Assembly (NCBI GenBank): GCA_027008705.1
Contig: JALVEB010000188.1
Location: 1 to 62,325, forward strand
Source of the DNA: Sedimenticola sp.
GTDB lineage: Bacteria > Pseudomonadota > Gammaproteobacteria > Chromatiales > Chromatiaceae
Direction of reading: 5' to 3'
Length of the DNA stretch: 62,325 nt
The notes below the pieces were generated by a model. It saw nothing but the letters and a program-made list of their open reading frames with translations. It did not search any database and was not told the DNA's origin. Positions within the stretch are counted from its first letter, which is position 1, and the number at the start of each line of letters is the position of its first letter. Positions 1-8,574 of this stretch are shown piece after piece. Made by a program: the position numbers and the translations under genes.

Positions 1-165
1 ATTGCGGCGGAAACGCCCGCGGCGACTTCCGTTGGAGCAGAGGTTACGGCGGCGGAAGCCCCGCCTCCGGTCGATAAGATCGCGGAACTGGAGCTCGATG
101 GCGATCTGGGGCCGGAACAGGAAGCACCCGCGCGGGAACAAGAGGCGGAGCCAGCCCCGCTTTGA
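1..165 (+). CDS. 3' end of an unidentified protein (acidic, Ala/Pro/Glu-rich tail), partial at the window edge
   Basis: Frame 1 reads IAAETPAATSVGAEVTAAEAPPPVDKIAELELDGDLGPEQEAPAREQEAEPAPL-stop (TGA at 163-165). This is more protein-like than the Arg-rich listed ORF 2..268. No domain recognised. Confidence 0.3.
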   Translation: MAAETPAATSVGAEVTAAEAPPPVDKIAELELDGDLGPEQEAPAREQEAEPAPL

Positions 166-182
166 TCGATGCTTTCCGGCAA

Positions 183-216
183 GAAAAAAGCCCGGCTGTC
201 GAAAGACTGCCGGGCT
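183..216 (-). terminator. Rho-independent terminator downstream of soxA
   Basis: Stem agcccggc (189-196) pairs with gccgggct (209-216), with extra inner pairs. On the minus strand it is followed by a T-run (complement of the A-run 184-189). It lies about 70 nt past the soxA stop. Confidence 0.6.
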
Positions 217-288
217 TCGGCCGGTTCGGGTCGGGAAGCGATCTGGACGATATTCCCCGACCCGATGATTCCGCTGAGTACGCGGAAA

Positions 289-1140
289 CTACTTGCGCGC
301 GGACGGGCCGTTGAACTCGATCCCGTTGCTCATATGCGTCAGGAAGTACTCGAGATTGCGATACTGCCGCCCTTGGGGTTTGAACGGCCTGGCGCGGACC
401 TGCTTGTTACAGCCCTTGAAGCGACGGTGCAGGGTGCCCAGCTCGCCCCATTTCGAGCGGTAGACCGGCCAACCGGTGGTCTGGCCCAGGGCCGGACTCA
501 GGATGTCGGCACGGATGTGCTGACCGGCGCTTTCGACATGACAACTCGCGCAGGAGAAGTTCAGCTGTCCGCGGCGCGCGAAATAGAACGACTTGCCGTC
601 ATTGTATGCGGCCAAGGCGGCGGCATCGCCCTCCGGAATCACCACATTGGTCTTCTGGCCGCGTGATTCGTAGGCCATGTAGGCAAGAATCCGGGTGATC
701 GGACCCTTGGCCCATTTCAGCGGTTTCTCGCCGTTCTTGACGCGGCACTCGTTGACCGCCATCGGCAGCGTGACGACCATGCCGCGCTTGGCATCCCAGT
801 GCGGATAATTCTTGCGCTGCGCCGGGCCGTCGGGAAAGCAGTCGGCGTAGGTCTTGCCGTTTTTGAACGGTGTGTTCCACATCTCTTCGCCGTCTTCGAT
901 CATCGGCTCATAAGGCGGGAATTCCTCGATGGCTTCCCATGAGTCACGCGAAACCTTGTCGATGGCGTAGACGCCGTTTTGGAACTCGTTCAGCGGCACG
1001 CCGGGGAACTTCTTCATGAAGTAGTCCCGGTACAGTTTCAGGTCTTCCGCTGGCGTGGAGTCAGTGGCCTTGTGATTGGCAAGGGCGCTGCCGGCGATGA
1101 GCAGTCCGGCGGTCAGCGCGGCGACCGTTTGTTTTTTCAT
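289..1140 (-). CDS. soxA: SoxA, c-type cytochrome subunit of the SoxAX thiosulfate-oxidation complex (single CXXCH form)
   Basis: Has a signal peptide, a single CASCH heme motif and a C-terminal HRRFKGCN segment carrying the expected distal Cys ligand. It sits last in a soxX-Y-Z-A gene string, with a GGAGGAGA RBS upstream. Confidence 0.85.
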   Translation of the reverse strand: MKKQTVAALTAGLLIAGSALANHKATDSTPAEDLKLYRDYFMKKFPGVPLNEFQNGVYAIDKVSRDSWEAIEEFPPYEPMIEDGEEMWNTPFKNGKTYADCFPDGPAQRKNYPHWDAKRGMVVTLPMAVNECRVKNGEKPLKWAKGPITRILAYMAYESRGQKTNVVIPEGDAAALAAYNDGKSFYFARRGQLNFSCASCHVESAGQHIRADILSPALGQTTGWPVYRSKWGELGTLHRRFKGCNKQVRARPFKPQGRQYRNLEYFLTHMSNGIEFNGPSARK

Positions 1141-1185
1141 GGATGTTGTCTCCTCCCGGGGGTAGGCAGTGGCCAGGTTGTGGAC

Positions 1186-1503
1186 CTAGCGTATCTTGGC
1201 GGTCGCGGAATCGCTGCCGCCCTGGTTGTCCACCCAGCTGAGCTTGACCTCGTCGCCCTTGTGGGCGCCGGTGAACTTGAACGACAGGTAAGGGTTCTTC
1301 GAAACCCCGCCGCTCATCTCGGCGACGAACACCTTTTTACCGTTGGCTTCGCAGGTGACCTCCTCGATGAAGTGGGCCGGGATCAGTTTGCCGGTCTTCT
1401 TGTTCTTGCGCAGGCCGGATTCCATCGGGTGGGTGATCAGGGTCTTCAGGGTGACGACGCCACCTTTCTCCTTGGCGCGGATCTTGATGCTTGATTTTGC
1501 CAT
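1186..1503 (-). CDS. soxZ: SoxZ, sulfur-carrier complex subunit
   Basis: 105 aa. The sequence (IKIRAKEKGGVVTLKTLITHPMESG...) is typical of SoxZ, and it lies immediately downstream of soxY. Confidence 0.85.
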   Translation of the reverse strand: MAKSSIKIRAKEKGGVVTLKTLITHPMESGLRKNKKTGKLIPAHFIEEVTCEANGKKVFVAEMSGGVSKNPYLSFKFTGAHKGDEVKLSWVDNQGGSDSATAKIR

Positions 1504-1555
1504 TATTCAATTACCTCTCTAGCGTGATTACGGGTTGGCGATCGATGCCGGGGCA

Positions 1556-2020
1556 TCAGCCGCCGCAACCACCGATGGTGACCTTGACCGCCTTGGAGGC
1601 TTGGTACACCTTGCCATTCGCTTTCACCACGGCAACGACCTTGCCCGTCTTGGCCATCTTGATGCGGGTAGAGACAAAACCCTTGGCCCCCGGTCCGAGC
1701 TTGGCCGAGAACAGCAACGGGGTCGGGTTACCGGTGGACAGGATGCTGATCGATTCGGTTCCGCTGATGCCGGAGGTTACCGAAACCGGTACCACCGCGC
1801 CATTTTCCGCGATATCCGGCGCTTTGATCTTGATCGCGCCGCTCTCCACCGGATGGGCATTGCCAAGCAGTTTTTCCAGTGCTTCGTCCGGCGTGGAGGA
1901 ATGAAAGGCGTTGGCCGGCCACTTGGCGAGTACCGCCTTGGGCAGCAACAAGCCGGTGCCGGTAACCGCGCCGGCCGCGAGGGAGCTCTTCAAGAAGAGT
2001 CGACGATTGAGTTCTTTCAT
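1556..2020 (-). CDS. soxY: SoxY, sulfur-carrier protein with C-terminal GGCGG swinging arm
   Basis: Twin-arginine signal (NRRLFLK) and a C-terminus ending in VTIGGCGG, the diagnostic SoxY motif. Confidence 0.9.
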   Translation of the reverse strand: MKELNRRLFLKSSLAAGAVTGTGLLLPKAVLAKWPANAFHSSTPDEALEKLLGNAHPVESGAIKIKAPDIAENGAVVPVSVTSGISGTESISILSTGNPTPLLFSAKLGPGAKGFVSTRIKMAKTGKVVAVVKANGKVYQASKAVKVTIGGCGG

Positions 2021-2058
2021 TGTGCTTGTCTCCTGAAATCTACAAGTACGTCTCGAGT

Positions 2059-2448
2059 TCAGAGCGTGTACAGGAAGTCGACGACCGCATCGATCTCCTT
2101 CTCGGTCAGAATCTTGTGTTTACCGAAAGGGGGCATGCGGGTGTTGGGGTTGTTGGAGGTGGCGTCCCACACCTGGGCGCGCAGTTTCGCGCGATCCGGG
2201 AAACGGGCCTTCATGCTGATCAGCGGCGGACCGATATCGCCCGGCGCGGTGCCGCCGGCGATGTAGTGGCAGGCCAGGCAATTGCCTTTCTTGCGGGTGA
2301 ACGCCGTTTTCTTGCCGAATTCGACGTTGGATGCCTGGTCGCCGGCATGGGCGGACCGGGCGCCGATGGCGCCGCTGACCGCAAGGATCGAGGCGATGGC
2401 GACGGTAGAGAGTGCGGATTTCCGCATGGGTATTCCTCCTGAAAACAA
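2059..2448 (-). CDS. soxX: SoxX, monoheme cytochrome c subunit of SoxAX
   Basis: Signal peptide and a single CLACH motif. It is the first gene of the sox string. Confidence 0.8.
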   Translation of the reverse strand: MFSGGIPMRKSALSTVAIASILAVSGAIGARSAHAGDQASNVEFGKKTAFTRKKGNCLACHYIAGGTAPGDIGPPLISMKARFPDRAKLRAQVWDATSNNPNTRMPPFGKHKILTEKEIDAVVDFLYTL

Positions 2449-2537
2449 AAGTGGTAAGGAGAATTGTTATTGTAGAGCCGGGATAAGACGGAATGATTAA
2501 ATACCTTTCTCTCATCGCGCGACCCGTGATGGCTGCG

Positions 2538-2694
2538 CTCGCCGCCCATGGATGTTCGGTTTTCGGGGCCGTTCCTCATGCTCTTGGGGCAAACGCGGAA
2601 GCGAGTCATGGCTGGGACCGCGTCAAGTTTCACCAACGTCCAAGTGCGCGAGCGACGATCGCGGCAGCCGAAATTCATGGGCGACGAGTTCATA
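2538..2694 (+). mobile_element. MITE-like repeat, copy E (diverged), about 90 bp upstream of the soxX start
   Basis: Termini ctcgccgcccatggatgttcgg ... ccgaaattcatgggcgacgag are inverted repeats. The internal sequence aligns with the copies at 42198, 56593 and (reverse-complemented) 3583. Confidence 0.75.
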
Positions 2695-2836
2695 TGCCGT
2701 GCAAGCCCTGCGTCTGACTTGGATGCATGGCCAATACTACCGAAATCCAGGGGGGTCGCAAGCGATAATTTTAACTTGAGTAAAATCTAATATGCGGAAG
2801 TTGTAATGGACGCGTTGTCGTTTCGTGGCGTTGCGG

Positions 2837-2879
2837 TTACGGGAAGTCCCGTAATCCTCCCTAATGCGACTAGGGAGGG
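2837..2879 (-). terminator. Tandem hairpins immediately after the maf stop (terminator-like, no U-tract)
   Basis: ttacggga/tcccgtaa (2837-2854) and cctcccta/tagggagg (2857-2879) are perfect 8-bp stems. No T-run follows on the minus strand. Confidence 0.3.
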
Positions 2880-3464
2880 TTACGCCGGTGGCAGGGGGAT
2901 TCCCTCGGCCTCGAGCAGCTCGGTCAGAGCGATCAGCGGCAGTCCGATCAGGCTGTTCGGGTCCCGTCCATGCAGCGACTCGAACAGTACGATGCCCAGC
3001 CCCTCTGATTTGAAGGCGCCCGCGCAATCGAGCGGCCGATCACGTTCGACATAGCGTCGGATACGCGCTTCATCGAGCGCGCGAAAGCGTACCTTGTAGG
3101 TTTCGTCGAGCACCTGGCACTGGTCCGTCAAGGTATTCAGCAGACACAAACCGGTATGGAACACGACTTCCCTCCCGGACAGGCTTCGGAGCTGCTCGAT
3201 GGCGCGCTCCACGCTGCCGGGCTTGCCGAGGAGGACGCCGGCGCCGACCGCGACCTGGTCGCTGCCGATGATCAAGCCGCTCCGGCCTTGCGCGGCGACC
3301 GCCCGGGCCTTGGCTTCGGCGAGCCGTTGCACCAACGCGGCGGGCGTTTCTCCGGGGCGGCGATCTTCATCGATCTCCGGGGCGACACAGTCGAAGGGCA
3401 GGCCGAGCTTCTCCAGCAAGGCCTTGCGATAGCGCGAGGTGGAGGCGAGAGTCAGTTGCGGCAT
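2880..3464 (-). CDS. maf: Maf-family nucleoside-triphosphate pyrophosphatase (YceF-like)
   Basis: 194 aa. N-terminus LTLASTSRYRKALLEKLGLPF and the overall layout are typical of Maf/YceF. Confidence 0.8.
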   Translation of the reverse strand: MPQLTLASTSRYRKALLEKLGLPFDCVAPEIDEDRRPGETPAALVQRLAEAKARAVAAQGRSGLIIGSDQVAVGAGVLLGKPGSVERAIEQLRSLSGREVVFHTGLCLLNTLTDQCQVLDETYKVRFRALDEARIRRYVERDRPLDCAGAFKSEGLGIVLFESLHGRDPNSLIGLPLIALTELLEAEGIPLPPA

Positions 3465-3582
3465 ATGGGTATCCCGTGGAATGATCGGTCCGGAGCATAG
3501 CAGACGGCCCGGCCTGGCAGTAATCTGGCTGGCTGGCGCGCTGACAAGGGAACGGCCGCTTTCTCTTCATAATTCACGTAAC

Positions 3583-3746
3583 TATACTCGTCGCCCATGA
3601 ATTTTCGGCCACTGCGACCGCCCCTCGCACCCGTGGGCGTCGTTGCGGAAACCCGCCATGGAATGGGCTATGACTCGCTTCCACGCCTGGCCCACGGGCG
3701 CGAGGAACGGTCTCGAAAAACCGAACATTCATGGGCGGCGAGTATA
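3583..3746 (-). mobile_element. MITE-like repeat, copy A (full length, 164 bp), ending 19 nt before the gor ATG
   Basis: Left end tatactcgtcgcccatgaattttcgg and right end ccgaacattcatgggcggcgagtata form an imperfect 26-bp terminal inverted repeat. The interior is the reverse complement of copies B, C and E. Confidence 0.85.
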
Positions 3747-3765
3747 CCAATCCCCGGAGGATTCG

Positions 3766-5115
3766 ATGACGAAACACTTCGATCTGATCGCGATCGGCGC
3801 CGGTAGCGGCGGTCTTTCGGTCGCCGAGCGCGCGGCGCGCCATGGCGCGCGATGCGCGGTGGCGGAGTCGGGCGCGCTCGGCGGTACCTGTGTCAATGTC
3901 GGTTGTGTACCCAAGAAGGTGATGTGGTATGCCGCGACGCTCGCCGGCGCGTTGCGGGATGCCGGAGACTACGGTTTTTCGGTACGGCGCGAAGGCTTTG
4001 ACTGGGCCGCCTTGAAGCGCCGCCGCGACGACTATGTGAAGGGCATCAATACTTGGTATGAAAGCTACCTGGATGACTCCGATATCGCTTTGCTACGGGG
4101 ACACGCGCGCTTTCTCGATGCTTCGACGCTGGAGATCGGCGGCGAACGCTGTCGCGCCGATCATATCGTCATCGCGCCGGGCACGCGTCCACGCATGCCG
4201 GATCTTCCGGGCGCGGGGCTGGGTATCGATTCCGACGGTTTCTTTGCGCTCGATGCGCTGCCGCGATCGGTCGGCATCGTCGGCAGTGGCTATATCGCGG
4301 TGGAGTTGGCCGGAGTGTTGAATGCGCTTGGCGCCGAGGTCACGCTGTTTCTGCGCAAGCAGCAGCTGCTGCGAAGCTTCGACGCGATGTTGCGCGAGGG
4401 GCTGATGGAGGCGATGCTGGACGAGGGCATCTCGATTCTGCCGATGACCCGGATCGCGGCGGTGGAGCGGCAGCCTGATCAAGGTCTGGTTTTCGACCTC
4501 GACAACGGCCAGCGGATGAGTGGCTTCGACGAGCTGATCTGGGCGATCGGGCGTGACCCGAACACCCAAGACCTGGGGCTGGAAGCGGCCGGTGTGGAAA
4601 CCGATGCGCATGGGTTCATCGTGGTCGACGAATGGCAGGACACCAACGTACCGGGGATCCACGCGGTCGGGGACGTGACCGGCAAGGCGCCGTTGACGCC
4701 GGTCGCGATCGCGGCCGCGCGGCGTCTCGCTGACCGCTTGTTCGGCAACCAGGCGGAGCGCAAGCTGGACTATGATCTGGTGCCGAGCGTGGTGTTCTCC
4801 CACCCACCGATCGCCACGGTTGGCCTGACGGAGGAGCAGGCGCGCGCGCAGCATGGCGAGGCGGTGCGCGTCTATCAGAGCTGTTTTACGCCGATGTATC
4901 ACGCTTTTACGAGCCATCCGGCGAAGATGTCGATGAAGCTGGTAACGGTCGGAGCGAAGGAGAAGGTGGTGGGCTGTCATGTGATCGGCATCGGCGCCGA
5001 CGAGATGATGCAGGGCTTTGCGGTGGCGATGCGCATGGGAGCGACGAAACAGGATCTGGACGACACCATCGCCATCCACCCGACCGCCGCCGAGGAATTG
5101 GTGACGATGCGCTAG
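3766..5115 (+). CDS. gor: Glutathione-disulfide reductase
   Basis: [12 protein letters not shown] dinucleotide fold, [13 protein letters not shown] redox-active disulfide and C-terminal [12 protein letters not shown]. The start is moved to MTKHFDL because the listed 41-codon N-terminal extension lies inside the repeat element. Confidence 0.88.
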   Translation: MTKHFDLIAIGAGSGGLSVAERAARHGARCAVAESGALGGTCVNVGCVPKKVMWYAATLAGALRDAGDYGFSVRREGFDWAALKRRRDDYVKGINTWYESYLDDSDIALLRGHARFLDASTLEIGGERCRADHIVIAPGTRPRMPDLPGAGLGIDSDGFFALDALPRSVGIVGSGYIAVELAGVLNALGAEVTLFLRKQQLLRSFDAMLREGLMEAMLDEGISILPMTRIAAVERQPDQGLVFDLDNGQRMSGFDELIWAIGRDPNTQDLGLEAAGVETDAHGFIVVDEWQDTNVPGIHAVGDVTGKAPLTPVAIAAARRLADRLFGNQAERKLDYDLVPSVVFSHPPIATVGLTEEQARAQHGEAVRVYQSCFTPMYHAFTSHPAKMSMKLVTVGAKEKVVGCHVIGIGADEMMQGFAVAMRMGATKQDLDDTIAIHPTAAEELVTMR

Positions 5116-5139
5116 CCCGCATCGCACCACCAAGGCGAT

Positions 5140-5168
5140 GGCCCGGCCCGGCCGATCCGGGCCGGGCC
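5140..5168. terminator. Bidirectional hairpin between convergent gor and the DUF2892 gene
   Basis: Perfect 12-bp stem ggcccggcccgg / ccgggccgggcc with loop ccgat. Confidence 0.55.
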
Positions 5169-5175
5169 GGGTGGT

Positions 5176-5367
5176 TTACGCCTCGTTCTTGCGCGCGGTG
5201 CTGAGCTTGAAGGGCGCATAGAGCGGGCACCAACCGATCAGGGCGGTGAACAGCGGGATGGCGCCGATGGCGCCGAGCCAGTTCTTGGCGTAGATACCCC
5301 AGCCGATGACGGCCAGGCCGACGACGATGCGCAGGATACGATCGATACCGCCAACATTCTTGGTCAT
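5176..5367 (-). CDS. Small inner-membrane protein, DUF2892 (YgaP C-terminal-like)
   Basis: 63 aa. Has the GGIDRILRIVVG motif plus two hydrophobic helices. ATG at 5367 is preceded by GGAGGT. The longer listed ORF extension overlaps the upstream Crp gene. Confidence 0.7.
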   Translation of the reverse strand: MTKNVGGIDRILRIVVGLAVIGWGIYAKNWLGAIGAIPLFTALIGWCPLYAPFKLSTARKNEA

Positions 5368-5446
5368 GGTATTACCTCCGGTTGTGTGGTCTTGATGGTG
5401 TGGAGGTAGAGCATAAGGGAGCCGAATGGTTCCGTCTGTAACAAGA

Positions 5447-6169
5447 TCACGCTCCCGACGGGGTTCCGATCCCTTCGCTTGCGATCCGTTCCAGCGCGGT
5501 GGTTTCCAGCAGTTCGATGCGACCGCGAGACAGTCGGACACAGCCGCGTTGTTCGAAAGCCTTGAGCAGGCGGCTGACGACCTCGCGCGAGGTGCCGAGC
5601 TCGTCGGCCAGATCCTGATGCGTGGCGACGATCACCCGGAGCCGGTCGCCTTCTTTCCCTTCGCGCAAGAGAAAACAGGCGATGCGCTGGTCGAGGCGCT
5701 GGAACACGACCTCCTCGACGACCTGGATGATCGATGCCAGGCGGTTGGCGACCAGCCCGAACAGATACTCCCGCCAAGCCTCGTCACGCCCGATCCAGGC
5801 ACGCACGAAATCCGCGGGAACCAAGACCACATCGAGACGCTGCTCCACCGTGGCGGTGGCGGGGAAGGGGAGATCGCTGAGGATGCAGGCCGCGGTCAGG
5901 ACGCAGCTTTCGCCGGGCCGGATGCGGTAGAGGGTGATCTCTTTGCCGTTCTCGCCGCTTTTGAAGATCCGCGCGACGCCTTCGAGAAGCAACGGCAGAT
6001 GGGAGCAGCGGCTTCTTTCGTCGCAGATTTGCGCGCCCGGCTCGAATCGCGCCACGATCGCAACGTCGGAGAACGCGCGCTGGAAGTCGTCGCCGGCACG
6101 TTCAAGAAATGGAAACAGTTGGTACAGACGCTGTTTCTTCGCGGGTTCGTTGATGCTCATTCGCTCCAT
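5447..6169 (-). CDS. Crp/Fnr-family transcriptional regulator (no N-terminal Fe-S cysteine cluster)
   Basis: A cNMP-binding-like beta-roll followed by the C-terminal HTH THQDLADELGTSREVVSRLLK. Confidence 0.8.
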   Translation of the reverse strand: MERMSINEPAKKQRLYQLFPFLERAGDDFQRAFSDVAIVARFEPGAQICDERSRCSHLPLLLEGVARIFKSGENGKEITLYRIRPGESCVLTAACILSDLPFPATATVEQRLDVVLVPADFVRAWIGRDEAWREYLFGLVANRLASIIQVVEEVVFQRLDQRIACFLLREGKEGDRLRVIVATHQDLADELGTSREVVSRLLKAFEQRGCVRLSRGRIELLETTALERIASEGIGTPSGA

Positions 6170-8460
6170 CCAGGTTGTTCTTTGTCGAGGTAGCCATCGA
6201 CATCGATTCGTTGTCGTTGCATGGCGGCCTGCTCTGAATAGGGCAGGACCAGCGAAACGCGCTGGTCGCGCCGGGATTCGATGAATTCCCGGAGGCGCGA
6301 GAGGTCTTCATCGAAGATCCGGGGCGATAGAATCAGCTGTTCCAACCCGAGATGGCCGGCGATGCGGAAGACGGTCTGTTGCAGCCCCACGTCGAAGGCG
6401 GCGACAGCGATGCCAAGGCGGGCAAGCTGCTCGAAGAGGGCGCGCGAGTGGTGCAACGAGCGGCTGATCTCAGCCATTGGGAACAGACAGACCAGTCCGC
6501 TGCCGGTTTGCTGTCTGGCGCGCAACAGTGCATGGAGCCAAGGGATGAAGCCGGCATCGCGCAGGGCTCTTCCGGACTGAGGAATCAGCAGCTGAGCCTG
6601 CTCGCCGCCGTGGTTCATCACGCGAAGCTCATCGAGAGCCGCGCGAAGTATCTCCTGATCGAGCCTGGCCTGGAACTCGGGGGCGATCGGGGCGCGCACG
6701 ATCGCCGCCCCGGCCCAGCGCTTCCCGGTGATCTCGGCGAATCGTGGGTAGGCCAGGTAGGCCAGGGTTTCCTCGCTTACGGAGTCACGCAGCGGCCGGC
6801 GCCAGAGCGTCAGGGGTTCGTTCCGGGTCAAGCGGCGCTGGATGGCGTCGAATCGCTCCGATAACAGCTTTTCACGGAGGCGGTCATCGAGTCCACAGCG
6901 TTTGCCGTCGCTGACGGCGCAGGCGTCGCGCGCGCGCTTCCAGTCCGCCGGACCGGCGGGCTCGTCGAGCAGACTCACGCCGGTGCGCACGCCGCCACGC
7001 CGGTCGGGGTCGGTTATCTGGATCAGCGCTTTGTGCAGTTTGTCGGCGTTCCGGATCAGGTTCTTCAGGCTCGCTCCGCCGAGCAGCCCGATCAGGGTCC
7101 GTTCGCCGATGATTTCGAGCCGTCCCTGACGTCCCAGTCGCGCGTCCAGTCGTTCCAAGCGTGGGCGCAGCGGCTCGCTTCTTGCGTCGATTCCCTGGCG
7201 CAGACCGATATAGAGGGCGACCGCCCGACCATGGGCCAGGCGGTCGCCCATATCGAGCACATGCTGACACAGACGGTCGATCGGGTCGCGCGCCATGGCG
7301 GGTTTCGCGGCGGAGGGTGGTGGTTCGTGGCGGGCGGCGGACAGCTGTTTTTCGACCAGCTTGATCAGCTTTTTCGGGCGGATGGGTTTTTCGAGAAACT
7401 CATCGGCGCCGGCCGCCAGCGCGGCGTTCTGACGATCCTTCTCGAGCTCGCCGGAGAGGTAGATCAGCGGGATGCCGCGATACTCGCGCCGGCGGCGCAA
7501 CAGCATCGTCAGCTCTTCGCCACTGAGTTCGGGCATGTAGAGGTCGATCAGTATCAGATCCGGATGGAACTCACTGGCCAGCGCCAATACCTCGCGTGGA
7601 TCGTCGATCGCCAGGGTGTCCATGCCGGCATTGGACAGGATCGCGGCGGCGAATTCGGCCTGGGAGGCGTCGTCGTCGACGATGATGACGCGGCGGGGCC
7701 GCGACGCTTCTTCCATGTCAACCGGGGCGGATTGGGCATTGCGTGGGTCCGGGAACAGCCGATCCAACATCTCGCTGGCGACCACCGGCGATACGAAGAA
7801 GTGCTCGACGCCGAAACGCGAAAGGCGGAGGCGTTCATCAGGCCCCAGTTCCGGACTGAGCGAGGCGAGCCGCGCGAGCGCCGCGACCGGGCCATGTGGT
7901 GGCAACCCGCTTTCCAAGCGTTCGATTTCCCGCAGATCGAACAGCAGCGTGGGGGCGATCCGGCGTTCCGGGGATGGCTGCAACAAGGACAGATCGTCGA
8001 TTTCACGCAGGTTCAGGCCACGTTCGGCGCAAAGTTCGGCCAACCCGAACGGCAACAACGCCGGGTCGCCGAGATACAGCAAAACCCGCGAAGGGTCCGC
8101 CGGCAGGTGGGGTGTCTCGCAATGGCTTGCGAGTTCATCGAACAGGGCGCTTATTTTTTCCATCTGGCGGGAGTCGGGAAGTTGCGCGCCCTGAACGAAG
8201 GTGCTGAGAAAAACGGAAAAGGCGAATGCCGCGTCCCCGAGCCCGGCGGGGCCGTCGTCCGCGGCCAATGTCTCCAGTCGCCGGGCCTTGTCGTACAATG
8301 CCGCGAGCGCGGTCGTCGAGGGTTGCTCGATGAGTCGCTCCACATGCTTGCGCAGCCGGGCGACGGTATGGGTAAGCTTCGGATCCATGAGTCGGTGGAC
8401 ATTGCCTGCGATAACGGGGTGACCCGGCGAGGCCGCGGTGGTTTCGGCTTTCGGGCGCAC
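6157..8460 (-). CDS. Multidomain response regulator: N-terminal helical/pseudo-receiver region, canonical REC, then degenerate GGDEF-like and EAL-like regions
   Basis: REC segment RRVIIVDDDASQ...DLILIDLYMPELSG...EKPIRPKKL. The C-terminal two-thirds has the length and layout of GGDEF+EAL, but I see no GG(D/E)EF or EAL signature. The start is uncertain. Confidence 0.6.
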   Translation of the reverse strand: MRPKAETTAASPGHPVIAGNVHRLMDPKLTHTVARLRKHVERLIEQPSTTALAALYDKARRLETLAADDGPAGLGDAAFAFSVFLSTFVQGAQLPDSRQMEKISALFDELASHCETPHLPADPSRVLLYLGDPALLPFGLAELCAERGLNLREIDDLSLLQPSPERRIAPTLLFDLREIERLESGLPPHGPVAALARLASLSPELGPDERLRLSRFGVEHFFVSPVVASEMLDRLFPDPRNAQSAPVDMEEASRPRRVIIVDDDASQAEFAAAILSNAGMDTLAIDDPREVLALASEFHPDLILIDLYMPELSGEELTMLLRRRREYRGIPLIYLSGELEKDRQNAALAAGADEFLEKPIRPKKLIKLVEKQLSAARHEPPPSAAKPAMARDPIDRLCQHVLDMGDRLAHGRAVALYIGLRQGIDARSEPLRPRLERLDARLGRQGRLEIIGERTLIGLLGGASLKNLIRNADKLHKALIQITDPDRRGGVRTGVSLLDEPAGPADWKRARDACAVSDGKRCGLDDRLREKLLSERFDAIQRRLTRNEPLTLWRRPLRDSVSEETLAYLAYPRFAEITGKRWAGAAIVRAPIAPEFQARLDQEILRAALDELRVMNHGGEQAQLLIPQSGRALRDAGFIPWLHALLRARQQTGSGLVCLFPMAEISRSLHHSRALFEQLARLGIAVAAFDVGLQQTVFRIAGHLGLEQLILSPRIFDEDLSRLREFIESRRDQRVSLVLPYSEQAAMQRQRIDVDGYLDKEQPGWSE

Positions 8461-8574
8461 GCATTGTACACCGGTATAAGGTCGAGGCGGGATTTCAGAG
8501 GTGAATGTGGTAATGGCGGTAGTTCACCGTGATGCGGAAAGGAGATCGGACAGCCGGATGTCGGTTGGCCGGCC

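Noticed and set aside
2-268. Listed 88-aa ORF at the window start (MRRKRPRRLPLEQRLRRRKPR...)
   Set aside because: The extreme Arg content is typical of an off-frame translation. Frame 1 gives a more plausible acidic C-terminal tail ending at 165, followed by the terminator hairpin.
289-2448. soxXYZA without soxB/soxCD as something novel
   Set aside because: Split sox loci, with soxB elsewhere and no soxCD, are common in gammaproteobacterial sulfur oxidisers. The missing genes may simply lie outside the window.
3643-3765. N-terminal 41-codon extension of gor ([19 protein letters not shown]...)
   Set aside because: The extension lies entirely inside MITE copy A. The same pseudo-peptide reappears wherever the repeat occurs, and canonical GR starts at the Rossmann fold right after MTKHFDL.
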